Below are positions 11,161 through 20,366 of a stretch of DNA of 64,000 bases, piece after piece. The stretch comes from Sedimentisphaerales bacterium (GTDB lineage Bacteria > Planctomycetota > Phycisphaerae > Sedimentisphaerales > Anaerobacaceae), in the NCBI GenBank assembly GCA_963708075.1, contig OY970194.1, positions 2,848,001-2,912,000 of the forward strand, given 5' to 3'. How positions within the stretch are numbered: the first letter of the stretch is position 1; each line of letters starts with the position of its first letter. The translations under genes were made by a program, and so were the position numbers. Under the pieces are notes generated by a model, which did not search any database, was not told the origin of the DNA, and saw only the letters and a list, made by a program, of their open reading frames with translations.

Positions 11161-11891
11161 CAGCTCGCCTTCCTTTCATCCAGAATGATCGTGCAAGCCG
11201 CAATCCAGCCCGCGATGAGAATCACGAAATAGGCAAGGTCCCTGAACTGCAGGATGCCCTTCTGCATCGACTCGAAATGATCCTGCACGCTCATGCCTTC
11301 GATGGCCGACAACAGCCCGACCGGCAGGAACGATGAGAGGTAATTCAGCGTTGACGGCATCCCTGCGAATACCAGGATTGCACAGGCGACGACCGACAGC
11401 GCGCCTGCAATCACCTGGCTCTTGGTGAGGCCGGAGAAGAAACAGCCTACCGCCAGGAAGCTGCCGGCCATGAGAAAGCCGCCAAGGTAGCCCGTGGTAA
11501 TCAGTCCGGGATCGGGATCGCCGAGGTAGGCAACCGTGATCATCAGGGGAAATGTCAAGGCCAGGGCGATTCCGAGGAATACCCAGGCGGCGAAGAACTT
11601 GCCCAGCACGGCCTGCGTGATCGTCACAGGCAGCGTAAAGAGCAGCTCGATGGAGCCGACCTTGCGCTCTTCAGCCCACAATCGCATCGCGGTCGCCGGC
11701 GCCATGAGCATCAGCATGAGCGGCAGATTCATGAAGAACGACGCCAGATCCGCCTGCCGGACCTCGTAGAAGCCGTTCTTGAATGTTAAGTATCCCGCAA
11801 AGAACAGGAAGATGACCAGAAACACGTACGCAAGAGGGGTCGTGAAGTAGCTCTTCAACTCCCTCTTGAATACCGCACAGAAGCTGTTCAT
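11160..11891 (-). CDS. ABC-2 type permease (GldF-like)
   Basis: KRELKSYFTTPLAYVF, AMRLWAEERKVGSIELLFTLP, VLGKFFAAW. Confidence 0.9.
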   Translation of the reverse strand: MNSFCAVFKRELKSYFTTPLAYVFLVIFLFFAGYLTFKNGFYEVRQADLASFFMNLPLMLMLMAPATAMRLWAEERKVGSIELLFTLPVTITQAVLGKFFAAWVFLGIALALTFPLMITVAYLGDPDPGLITTGYLGGFLMAGSFLAVGCFFSGLTKSQVIAGALSVVACAILVFAGMPSTLNYLSSFLPVGLLSAIEGMSVQDHFESMQKGILQFRDLAYFVILIAGWIAACTIILDERKAS

Positions 11892-11909
11892 GTCGAAATC
11901 CCCAAAAGT

Positions 11910-11998
11910 ATTGATTATTGATGATGGATTATTGATTATTCAGGCTCGTGCCTTGCCGTTGGCTGCAAATCATCAATTATCAATCATCCATTATCAAT
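11910..11998. repeat. AT-rich heptamer-repeat hairpin, copy 2
   Basis: ATTGATTATTGATGATGGATTATTGATTATT (11910-11940) versus inverted arm 11968-11998. Confidence 0.85.
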
Positions 11999-11999
11999 G

Positions 12000-12731
12000 C
12001 TACGCGCTTTTCTTCCTCGTGATCTTGCGGAAGACCTCTTCCAGGCTGAGGTGATGCTGCTCTTTCAGTTCCTTGGGGGTCGAGTCCACAAGCACCTTGC
12101 CGCGGGCGATGATGATCGTCCGCGAACAGATCGCTTCGACCTCGTCGAGGATGTGGGTCGAGACGATGATGCATTTGTCTTTGCCCATCTCGGTGATGAG
12201 GCGGCGGACCTCGTGCTTCTGGTTCGGGTCGAGGCCGTCCGTCGGCTCGTCAAGAATCAGGACCGGGGGGTCGTGGATCAGCGCCTGCGCCAACCCGACG
12301 CGGCGTTTGTACCCTTTGGAGAGCGTCTCGATGCTCTGGTGATACACGGAGTCGATGGAGCACACCGGCACGACGCGGTCGAGGGCCTTTCTGCGGTCCT
12401 TGCCCTTGATTTGCCGAACGTCGCAGATGAAGTTGAGGAACCCCCCCACCGACATTTCGGGGTAGGCCGGGGAATTCTCGGCCAGGTAGCCCAGCGAGCG
12501 GCGGACCCCGATGGGATCCGTCAGGATATCGTGGCCGCAGACACTCGCGGTACCGCTGTCCGGGCGGATGAAACAGGTCAGCATTCGCATCGCCGTGGTT
12601 TTGCCCGCCCCGTTCGGGCCCAGCAGGCCGAGCACCTGCCCCTTCTCCACGCTGAAGGAAATGCCGTCAACAGCAACTACCGGCCCGAACCGACGCCGAA
12701 GTTCTTTGACTTCAATCATATCCATCTCCAA
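12000..12731 (-). CDS. ABC transporter ATP-binding protein (GldA-like)
   Basis: Walker A GPNGAGKT, LSKG signature, ILDEPTDGLDP, STHIL. Confidence 0.93.
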   Translation of the reverse strand: MEMDMIEVKELRRRFGPVVAVDGISFSVEKGQVLGLLGPNGAGKTTAMRMLTCFIRPDSGTASVCGHDILTDPIGVRRSLGYLAENSPAYPEMSVGGFLNFICDVRQIKGKDRRKALDRVVPVCSIDSVYHQSIETLSKGYKRRVGLAQALIHDPPVLILDEPTDGLDPNQKHEVRRLITEMGKDKCIIVSTHILDEVEAICSRTIIIARGKVLVDSTPKELKEQHHLSLEEVFRKITRKKSA

Positions 12732-12740
12732 ACCAAAACC

Positions 12741-12829
12741 ATTGATAATCGATTATTGATGATCGATTATTGGAAAAAGACTCCTCGCCTTCCTCTTCAA
12801 TCATCAATCATCCATAATCCCTAATCAAT
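12741..12829. repeat. AT-rich heptamer-repeat hairpin, copy 3
   Basis: Arms 12741-12772 and 12798-12829 with the same 7-nt periodicity. Confidence 0.85.
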
Positions 12830-13041
12830 CCTACGGATTCCCCTCTCTGGTAAACCCCATCAATCTACGGAAAACCGCTTGACAGTCAAGACCCCACCTC
12901 CGATTATTTTCACTTCGTACCAGGACTTTCGGGCTGGGCCAAGGGGACAGCCCATCCCACGTTGGGGAATACCTACGACACGCGGGTAGATTTTGTTCTT
13001 AAGGGCTTGTGTCATTCGGCCGAATCGGAGCGCCAGGGACA

Positions 13042-13833
13042 ATGAGCAGAGTCGCCAAAGTACCGTTCATAGACTACGAAACCAGTATCCGCAAGGCCCT
13101 CGATCTGATCGGAGCGGCACAGGCGCTACCCCAGGATGGTCTGATAATCATCAAGCCCAACCTGACGAACTCCTCACCGCCACCGGTGACAACGAGCGTG
13201 GAGGCCGCCGAGGCCGTGTACAAGTACTGCCGGGACCATACGAAGGCCCAGATCGCCATCGGCGAAGGGGCCGGCGGCGGACGCACCTGTGACGTGTATG
13301 GCGCTCTTGGGTACACCGATATGGCCCGTCGTCACCACATCGAGCTGATCGACTTCAACAGCGCCGACACCATCGAGTTGAGAAACCCCGACGCTCTGCA
13401 ACTCAAGACGTTCCACATGCCGAAGATCGCCCGGGACGCCTTCATCATCTCCGTGCCGGTGCTGAAGGACCACGACTTCAGCAAGACGACGATCTCGATG
13501 AAGAACATGTTCGGCCTGGCCCCCGGCAAGTACTACGCCGACGGCTGGAACAAATCGAAGCTGCACAGCCCCTCGGTTGACGACGCCATCGTAGACGTGT
13601 GCACGTACAAAAAGCCCGCCCTGTCCGTGGTGGACGCCTCAGTAGCCCTGCAGGGCGGTCACCTCTCCGGCCGCAAGAAACACATAGGCCTGATCCTCGC
13701 CGGCTTCGACCCTGTCGCCGTGGACACCGTCGGCAGCGAACTGCTCGGCCACGACCCCGGCTGGGTCCACTACCTGACCTTAGCCGACCCCCGCCTCGGC
13801 TCGATGCAAGACATCGAAGTCCTCACCGCCTGA
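13042..13833 (+). CDS. DUF362 domain protein
   Basis: IIKPNL, IAIGEG, ISVPVLKDH, SMKNMFG, DPVAVD motifs. Confidence 0.88.
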   Translation: MSRVAKVPFIDYETSIRKALDLIGAAQALPQDGLIIIKPNLTNSSPPPVTTSVEAAEAVYKYCRDHTKAQIAIGEGAGGGRTCDVYGALGYTDMARRHHIELIDFNSADTIELRNPDALQLKTFHMPKIARDAFIISVPVLKDHDFSKTTISMKNMFGLAPGKYYADGWNKSKLHSPSVDDAIVDVCTYKKPALSVVDASVALQGGHLSGRKKHIGLILAGFDPVAVDTVGSELLGHDPGWVHYLTLADPRLGSMQDIEVLTA

Positions 13834-13868
13834 CCGCAATGTGAGGAACGCGGCTATACTCTCTTACG

Positions 13869-13913
13869 GCGGGTGGCAGCGTCAAGCGCAGCTTGGCGAT
13901 GGCGTCTTTGGCG
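13869..13913. repeat. Single arm of REP-like family A (GGGTGGCAGCGTCAAG...)
   Basis: 45-bp exact reverse complement of 16273-16317. Confidence 0.85.
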
Positions 13914-13936
13914 GTCACAGGCATGGTTTGCCGGAA

Positions 13937-14242
13937 TCACGCAACACACCGGGTATGAACCTCTCTTGCAATCTTTGAACCAACCTCTCGTTCAGTGATT
14001 CTCAGATCGTAACTGGTTTGCAGGTTGAGCCAGAACTGAGGCGTTGTCCCAAAGTAGCGGGCCAATCGCAGGGCCGTATCGGATGTAATGGCACGTCGTT
14101 CATGCACGATCTCACTGATACGGGGGGCAGGCACCTTGAGCTCCATCGCCAGCGCATGAGCGCTCATCTCCAGCGGAGCGAGGAACTCCTCCCGCAAGAC
14201 TTCCCCCGGATGGATTGGACGCATTTTATTTACCGGACACAT
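13937..14242 (-). CDS. higA: HigA family antitoxin
   Basis: IHPGEVLREEFL..AITSDTALRLARYFGTTPQFWLNLQ. Confidence 0.93.
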   Translation of the reverse strand: MCPVNKMRPIHPGEVLREEFLAPLEMSAHALAMELKVPAPRISEIVHERRAITSDTALRLARYFGTTPQFWLNLQTSYDLRITEREVGSKIAREVHTRCVA

Positions 14243-14254
14243 TGCTTAGTCTCC

Positions 14255-14533
14255 TCAGTGGTAGTCGACGATCTCAACATCAAGAGCATTGCCATCCTCG
14301 AAGCGAAAGCACAGACGCCACTGGTCATTGACGCGGATGCTCCACTGACCTTTGCGGCTTCCACGCAAAGCCTCCAACCTATTGCCCGGTGGAACGCGAA
14401 GGTCTTGGAGTGCATAAGCATCATCCAGCATTTGCAGCTTACGTTCAGCAACAGCGGCAATCGCTCTGAATCGGCGAGGGCACTTGCCCTCAAACAACGC
14501 CTGCGTATATCGACAACGGAAGCTCTTTATCAT
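14255..14533 (-). CDS. higB: HigB (RelE/ParE superfamily) toxin
   Basis: MIKSF..DLRVPPGNRLEALRG..WSIRVNDQWRLCFRF..VEIVDYH. Confidence 0.93.
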   Translation of the reverse strand: MIKSFRCRYTQALFEGKCPRRFRAIAAVAERKLQMLDDAYALQDLRVPPGNRLEALRGSRKGQWSIRVNDQWRLCFRFEDGNALDVEIVDYH

Positions 14534-14539
14534 ACGAGG

Positions 14540-14568
14540 ATGATATAACGCACGGCGTTAAACGTCAA
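14540..14568 (-). promoter_or_regulatory. Sigma70-like promoter of higBA (probably leaderless) with palindromic operator
   Basis: TTGACG-N17-TATCAT ending 6 nt before the ATG; imperfect palindrome TAACGCACGGCGTTA in the spacer. Confidence 0.65.
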
Positions 14569-14600
14569 GCGAATATCTTCAGCAGGGTCTACGGTGGTTG

Positions 14601-15914
14601 TTACTCGGCAGGGTCGACAGCGGTGACGGCAGGGGTTTGGGCGCGGGCGGCGACTCGTAGTTGGGAGGCGATGTGGATCACGATCTGGCCGACGGCGCCC
14701 AGGGTGACGAGTCCGACGGCGAACCAGTAAGGGGCGTAGGGGCCGATGTGTTGAGCCAGATGACCGCTGGGCCACGAGCCGGCGGTGACGCCGAGGCATA
14801 TCACAATCTCGTGGATGACCATTCGCACGGAGCGTTTACGGCTGGCGGCGGCGCCGTAGAACAGGTGGGAGCTGTAGGCAAATCCAAAGGCTATGCCGAG
14901 AACCACGGCTGAGAGAAGCAGCACGCTCAGGGCCCGGCCGTAGATGACCATCAACAAGGCCAGCAGGACCATGCCCTGCGCCCCAAACAGCAGCCCCGCG
15001 CGGAAATGCCAGAACGCCCAGCGGCCCCCGGCGATCAATGCCAGGAAATTGCACAATGCCACCGTCGTCAGGTACACGCCGAATTGCGATTCGGTGTAAC
15101 CGAGGCCTGTAAATAACAGGGCGAACTGCGACCGGGCAATAGCAAATGAGGCCCAGGCACAGAACAGGGCGATCCTCGACATCCAGCGAAAGTCCACGAG
15201 TTTGGCGTCGGGGATCAAGTCTTCCGATTGCGGATTGCGGATTTCGGATTGCGGAGTAGGGCAAGGGATCGATTCCGCATTCAGCATTCCGCATTCCGTA
15301 TTCTGCGTTTTCCGTGCCAGGCCCAGCAACAGGAAGGAGGCTGCAAAGCACACGACGGCGGCGACCATTGGCCACAAGGGCCCCTGCTCGACCAGCCAGG
15401 CTCCGACGAGCGGGCCGACGACCCCGCCGCTGGACCACGAGCCGTTGTACCGTCCCAGCCGCCGGTTCAGCGCCAGGCCTTCGCAACTGCCTGAGACCCA
15501 GCTCATCAGGAACGGCCAGAACAGGGCCATCGCCGCCCCGCCCAGCCCGCCGGCCGCGATGACCAGCCAGATCCACACCCGCTGGCCGGCGCCATGGTCG
15601 GTCGTCGCCCCGAAGACTGCCATCGCCATCAGAAAAGCAGACAACATCGCTGCCACCACGGCCACCCGGGTGGCACGTTTGGCGTCCAGGTGTCCCAGCC
15701 GTGAGCCGGTCACGAGAAGAGCCGCCATGTAAGCGAGGATGTTCACCGTCGGAGCGTCGCCGACGTGGGCCTTGGTGCCGCCCATGGCGATGAGTACAAA
15801 GGGCATGGCCGACCACGCGGTGCTCAGACTCAAACCCGTTGTGAACGCCGCCCCATAAAGCGGCCACGCCCGCCCGGACGAACCGGCCGGCAGTGCCTTG
15901 CTTGCTTCAAACAT
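14601..15914 (-). CDS. MFS transporter
   Basis: About 12 hydrophobic segments in two halves; central loop contains a heptamer-repeat insertion. Confidence 0.8.
   Translation of the reverse strand: MFEASKALPAGSSGRAWPLYGAAFTTGLSLSTAWSAMPFVLIAMGGTKAHVGDAPTVNILAYMAALLVTGSRLGHLDAKRATRVAVVAAMLSAFLMAMAVFGATTDHGAGQRVWIWLVIAAGGLGGAAMALFWPFLMSWVSGSCEGLALNRRLGRYNGSWSSGGVVGPLVGAWLVEQGPLWPMVAAVVCFAASFLLLGLARKTQNTECGMLNAESIPCPTPQSEIRNPQSEDLIPDAKLVDFRWMSRIALFCAWASFAIARSQFALLFTGLGYTESQFGVYLTTVALCNFLALIAGGRWAFWHFRAGLLFGAQGMVLLALLMVIYGRALSVLLLSAVVLGIAFGFAYSSHLFYGAAASRKRSVRMVIHEIVICLGVTAGSWPSGHLAQHIGPYAPYWFAVGLVTLGAVGQIVIHIASQLRVAARAQTPAVTAVDPAE
15226..15303. repeat. Heptamer-repeat hairpin (GATTGCG-like units) inside the MFS coding sequence
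   Basis: GATTGCG GATTGCG GATTTCG GATTGCG with an inverted ATTCCGC-like arm; translated as NTECGMLNAE...PQSEIRNPQSE. Confidence 0.8.
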
Positions 15915-16032
15915 CCTGACTGTGCTCCAAAGCTATTGATTGTACCACCGCCACAACAATGTGCCAGTAGTCAATCCGCCTGACGCGCCGGGGGGGTGTG
16001 GTCGGCCTTTGGTGGCGGATTCCGGTTCTCCG

Positions 16033-16136
16033 CGTAGGACGAGCGTCCCCGCTCGTCCATTGCAGGGATCTGCAATCGACAGGATGTGGTGCGAGGCCAT
16101 GCGACAAAAGGGGCGAGCGGGGACGCTCACCCTACG
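16033..16136. repeat. GTAG-type REP doublet nested in a larger imperfect palindrome (~15985-16185)
   Basis: CGTAGGACGAGCGTCCCCGCTCGTCC ... GGGCGAGCGGGGACGCTCACCCTACG. Confidence 0.75.
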
Positions 16137-16227
16137 AAGAGCGGCACCAATCGCCACCGTATTCCGACCGCACCCCGCCGGGGTGTACGACGAGATTGCG
16201 GCAGACCAAGTACAACTATGAGGTTAT

Positions 16228-16315
16228 GGGTGGCAGCGTCAAGGCCGAAGGCCTTGGCGATGGTCTTAGGCACGCCAAAGACGCCATCGCCAAGCTGCGC
16301 TTGACGCTGCCACCC
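16228..16315. repeat. REP-like family A doublet
   Basis: GGGTGGCAGCGTCAAG..CTTGGCGATGG / CCATCGCCAAG..CTTGACGCTGCCACCC. Confidence 0.9.
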
Positions 16316-16442
16316 GCTTCAATTGCCACTTCTTTGTCGTGCACCCGGTGGAGTGGAAGAGAGTGGGGCCACCCTCCGCGGGTGGCCCATGGGTGCTGAT
16401 GTCGGTCGGGTGAGAGAAGTGAGTTGTCTATAGTGTGCGTGC

Positions 16443-17639
16443 TCAGTTCCCCGTCTGGGCGGGGGCGCGCTCTGTCGTGCCTTGGCTCGCGTCGGGAGAA
16501 GGCTCGGCGGGCTTGAAGGTGTAGTTCTTCTTCCCGGCCTGCTCGCGGACGGCCTGCTTGATGGCAGAGCCCAGTGTCCGGGGACCCTGCTGTTTCGCCG
16601 TCGCCTCGGCGATGAACTTGTTCCTCTGCTCGTTGAGCTGCCGGACTTGGGCCTGCAGGTCGGCCCGTTCCTTCGCCTTGGCATTCACGTAATTGGCCCT
16701 CTGCTCGGCGTTCATGCCCTTCATGTCCTTGGGCAGTTCCTCGTCCTTGAGTTTGCTGACGTCCACCGACTTGGCCTGGACAGCGTCCACCAAGTCCCAG
16801 TTGGTGTTCACGTAGTTGTGCGACGACTTCGTCAGGGTCCGTTGGACGACGGCCTGAGGCGATGCCATGTTCGCATTTGTATCCTGTGCGGCCTGTCGCT
16901 CCTGGGCTGCCTGGCCCCGCTGGCCGAATGGCACGTACGTTGTGTTGAGCCTGACGCCAAGCTCGGCGATCTCCGTGTCCTGCGGCGCGGGGATGTGCAC
17001 GATCTGGCGGTTCTGATCGATGTTGAGATAACGCCCGTCGGCAAGGACCGCGCCATTCTTCCAGTGGCCATCAAGGCCTTCCCGCTCGCTGCCGCAGTGA
17101 ATCGTGTTGACAAGGATTCCCTTTGCCACTGCGGCCTTGCAGGTCATGCGGTAGTCTATCGGTCCCTGCGTGAACGGCTCGTTGCCTGCGATGAAGATCA
17201 CCTTCAGGTCGTCCGGCGACTCGCTCCATCTGAGTTTCTCTGTCGCCTCCTTGATGACCCAGCCGCAGTACTCGTCGCCGCCATTGGTCTTGAGGGCGAA
17301 CAATTCCTCGGAGATTTTGTCGAGGTCCGTCGTCAGCGGGGCAATCTGGCGAATCCACCCGGTCTCGGCGGCCAGACCCATGTTGCCGTATTCGTAGAGG
17401 GCGACCTGAATCTCCGGCTGGCGGCCCCCGCGCTGCGCGAAGATGAATTCGTTGACGATGGACCAAAGCTCCGCCCGCGCCTGATCGATCAGCCCCTCCA
17501 TGCTCCCGCTCGTATCCAGCAGAATCGCGATCTGCACCAGCGGCTTGTTCGGCTCCGGCACCGCCGCTTCGGCCACACGTACGGTACACGGTAGAATCGC
17601 AGCCACAGTCAGAAGTTGGATGAACATTGCTTTTCTCAT
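16443..17639 (-). CDS. Secreted VWA domain protein
   Basis: Signal peptide after ATG 17639; MIDAS LLDTSGSM, TNGGDEYCG, IFIAGNEPF. Confidence 0.88.
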   Translation of the reverse strand: MRKAMFIQLLTVAAILPCTVRVAEAAVPEPNKPLVQIAILLDTSGSMEGLIDQARAELWSIVNEFIFAQRGGRQPEIQVALYEYGNMGLAAETGWIRQIAPLTTDLDKISEELFALKTNGGDEYCGWVIKEATEKLRWSESPDDLKVIFIAGNEPFTQGPIDYRMTCKAAVAKGILVNTIHCGSEREGLDGHWKNGAVLADGRYLNIDQNRQIVHIPAPQDTEIAELGVRLNTTYVPFGQRGQAAQERQAAQDTNANMASPQAVVQRTLTKSSHNYVNTNWDLVDAVQAKSVDVSKLKDEELPKDMKGMNAEQRANYVNAKAKERADLQAQVRQLNEQRNKFIAEATAKQQGPRTLGSAIKQAVREQAGKKNYTFKPAEPSPDASQGTTERAPAQTGN

Positions 17640-17693
17640 TGCTCGCGCTCCTTTCTCAGCGAGAACCTGTCCCAACAGGCCTGTTGCATGACC

Positions 17694-17782
17694 GGGTGGC
17701 AGCGTCAAGACCGAAGGTCTTGGTGATGGCCGTTTCGCAAGGCCAGAAGACCATCGCCAAGCTGCGCTTGACGCTGCCACCC
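17694..17782. repeat. REP-like family A doublet
   Basis: Same terminal 16-mers as 16228-16315. Confidence 0.9.
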
Positions 17783-17852
17783 GGAGCATAGCCTCGTGCT
17801 TGAGAGAGCATCAATGGAACGTCCATCATGGGACAGGCTCCAGGATTCGTTG

Positions 17853-20123
17853 TCAGTCTCCACTCGGGGATTTGATCAGGACCGGCTCGCCGTCCACCAT
17901 CAGGAGGATATCGCCGCTCAGGGCGATGCTGCCCTGCCGATTGTCTTTCGCCAGCTTGCGGGCCAGCTCGAAGTATTCCTGCGATCCGAACTCGATGGTT
18001 CGCACGGGCGAGGCCTGCTGCTGCCGGGCGACCAGCTTGCTGTCCACCCACTGCCCGCCGCGGCGATAGTATGCGTTGTCATTGACCTGCTGCACCGCGC
18101 TGATGGAGACTTCGTTGAGGTCAGTATCAAGGAAGTTGTTCTTCATATTCAGTTGTTCCTGGCCCTTCTGCCGAACGCTGTTGAGGCCCTGGTTGACGGC
18201 TGCCGGGCCGGCGCGTGACCGCATTGCCCGTGCGGAGAAATTGTCCATCGCCTCTCGGTGCACTTCGCTGACGTCGTGCAGGTCGGTGCCCTCGCGGGCG
18301 AGGAAGGCCGTGTACTCCGTCAGGATGCCGAACTCGGTCGATAGCCGCACGATCTCATCGATCAGCTCTTTGGTCTTGGGATCGTTCACGGAGGCGGCCG
18401 GGTCGGCGCCCATCTGGCGAACCGCGTCGATCAGCTCGGCGATTTTGCGGCTGGCCCACAGCCGCGGCACAAAACCGTTCTTCGCACTCGTCTTGTCGAA
18501 GTCGAACGCGAATTGGAACGTACGCTGTTTCCCGAAGAAATTGCCTGTGATCTTGAAGGTTACCGGTTCCTCGCCGACGTACTGGCCCAGCAGAATAAGC
18601 CGGTCGCCTTCGAACAGATCAGGCAGTTTCTCAGGCAGGATGTCGCGGGTCCGTCCGATGGCGGCATCGCCGTCACGGTCCGTCACGCGAAGTTCGGGAT
18701 CAGCCAGAACCGGGCCGCTCAACTGCTTGAAAACCCGGCCGACTTTGACCTCGACGTCCTCCTTTGGCAGCACGAACTCCACGCGTCCTCGTGACTCGGC
18801 GGCGATGCGCTCCAGGAGCGGCGCGTTGACATCGAAGCCGACGCCGAAGGTGAAGACCCGCCGCTTGTGCGGATTGGACTTGGCCACGAGATCGCGGATC
18901 ACGGCCTCTGCCGTTTGACCTACGGTCGGCAGTCCGTCTGTGAGGAACAGGACGATTGGCAGCGTCCCTTCGGTGGGCTGCTGGCTCAGGACCGCCTGCA
19001 GTGCGCCGTAAATGTTCGTCCCGCCTGTGGCGGTAATCCCTTCAATGTATCGCTGTGCGGCCTTTTCTGTGGCGTCGCTCTTGATCACGGGCTTGGGCGA
19101 GAACCATTGAACGCTGTTGCTGTAGAGGATGATGTTGAAGGCCTCGCCCTCGCGCAGGCCGGCGATGGTCTGCAGGGCCGCTTCCTTGACCTGCTCGAGT
19201 TTCTCATTGCGCATACTGCCGGAGCGGTCGATGACGAGCGTCACCTCACGTTTGAGGGTCGCCGCAGTCGACTCGCCCGTCATGTCCGCGGGCAAGCCCG
19301 CCAGCAGGAGGAAGTAGCCGCCGCCGACCGTTTTATCGGGGTAGGCGAACATGGAGGCGGTGACACTGTCCTCCTGGAGCAGATAGGACAGCCGGAACGG
19401 CCCCGGCTCTTTCGTGGCCTCATCCGTGATCTTCACGGTCACTTCCCGTCCGCCGACTCGCTCCATCTCGAGCTTGTGGCTGGCGGAATAGACGGTCGAG
19501 ACCGGCCGGGCCGCCTTGATTCTCGCCGTCACCTTCCACGGCACTGCGTATTGCAGCGATTCCGTGCGGGGCAGGATGTAATCGACGCGAGGGCCATCCA
19601 CGTCGAGCAGGTGCTCGTAGGTGATGCGGACCGTCTGCTTGCCGTTCGCCTCGACGGGGAACACGCTCGACTGGATCAGGTTGTATCCCACGAACTCCAC
19701 CAGCGCCGGATCGCGGATTCTGGACACGAGGCTCTCGTAGATCCGCTTGGCCTCCTCCCGCGGCAGGACCTGGGCGGTAATCTGGCCGCTCGGGCCATCG
19801 TAGGCAAAGCCGCGTACCACCGCCCCATCGGGCACGGGGAGAATCAACTCGGCTTCCTGCCGTTGATGAGTCCGGTTGGCCAGGTGGATCTCGATTGAGG
19901 TCGTCGCCGTCACTTCCACGATGTCGATCAGCACATCGACCTTCGTGATCTCGACGGCCCTCTCGTGTCGGGGGGCAAACGCCCACGCACGGCTTTGCGG
20001 AATGAGGACATTGGAGAAGGACGATTCGATCCCGACGTGGCGCACCTGTGCCAAGCCGCAGCGCGGCAACGCAAGTACGAAAACCATCATCACGGCGGTT
20101 GGGACTGCTCTGAACCTGTTCAT
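17853..20123 (-). CDS. VIT + VWA domain protein (inter-alpha-trypsin inhibitor-like)
   Basis: Signal peptide, VIT region (EEAKRIYESLV..RDPALVEF), VIDRSGSM, GGTN, FLTDGLPT, RLWASRKI. Confidence 0.9.
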   Translation of the reverse strand: MNRFRAVPTAVMMVFVLALPRCGLAQVRHVGIESSFSNVLIPQSRAWAFAPRHERAVEITKVDVLIDIVEVTATTSIEIHLANRTHQRQEAELILPVPDGAVVRGFAYDGPSGQITAQVLPREEAKRIYESLVSRIRDPALVEFVGYNLIQSSVFPVEANGKQTVRITYEHLLDVDGPRVDYILPRTESLQYAVPWKVTARIKAARPVSTVYSASHKLEMERVGGREVTVKITDEATKEPGPFRLSYLLQEDSVTASMFAYPDKTVGGGYFLLLAGLPADMTGESTAATLKREVTLVIDRSGSMRNEKLEQVKEAALQTIAGLREGEAFNIILYSNSVQWFSPKPVIKSDATEKAAQRYIEGITATGGTNIYGALQAVLSQQPTEGTLPIVLFLTDGLPTVGQTAEAVIRDLVAKSNPHKRRVFTFGVGFDVNAPLLERIAAESRGRVEFVLPKEDVEVKVGRVFKQLSGPVLADPELRVTDRDGDAAIGRTRDILPEKLPDLFEGDRLILLGQYVGEEPVTFKITGNFFGKQRTFQFAFDFDKTSAKNGFVPRLWASRKIAELIDAVRQMGADPAASVNDPKTKELIDEIVRLSTEFGILTEYTAFLAREGTDLHDVSEVHREAMDNFSARAMRSRAGPAAVNQGLNSVRQKGQEQLNMKNNFLDTDLNEVSISAVQQVNDNAYYRRGGQWVDSKLVARQQQASPVRTIEFGSQEYFELARKLAKDNRQGSIALSGDILLMVDGEPVLIKSPSGD

Positions 20124-20226
20124 CTTTGTGCCTCCTGTTCAGTTGTCGGTAGCCTGCAACGAGTCGAGAGCCGTCAACGGCTCCGGTGGCTCTATAGAAT
20201 ATAACGCACAAAGAAGGTCCGGTTTT

Positions 20227-20290
20227 GTAAATAGGACGTAAAAAGAGGGAGAGCGCGTGACGACGCGGATGTGTGTAAAAAGTACGTAAA
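20227..20290. promoter_or_regulatory. Two GTAAA-N6-GTAAA direct-repeat boxes upstream of the VIT/VWA genes
   Basis: GTAAA at 20227/20238 and at 20275/20286 (11-bp period). Confidence 0.45.
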
Positions 20291-20293
20291 AAA

Positions 20294-20364
20294 GGTAATC
20301 GGTAGCCGGTAGTCGGCTTGCGTGCTCTTCATCACCGACTACCGGCTACTGACTACCGATTACC
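20294..20364. repeat. Heptamer-repeat hairpin (GGTAGTC-like units)
   Basis: GGTAATC GGTAGCC GGTAGTC GG ... CCGACTA CCGGCTA CTGACTA CCGATTA CC, right after the stop at 20367. Confidence 0.8.
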
Positions 20365-20366
20365 AG

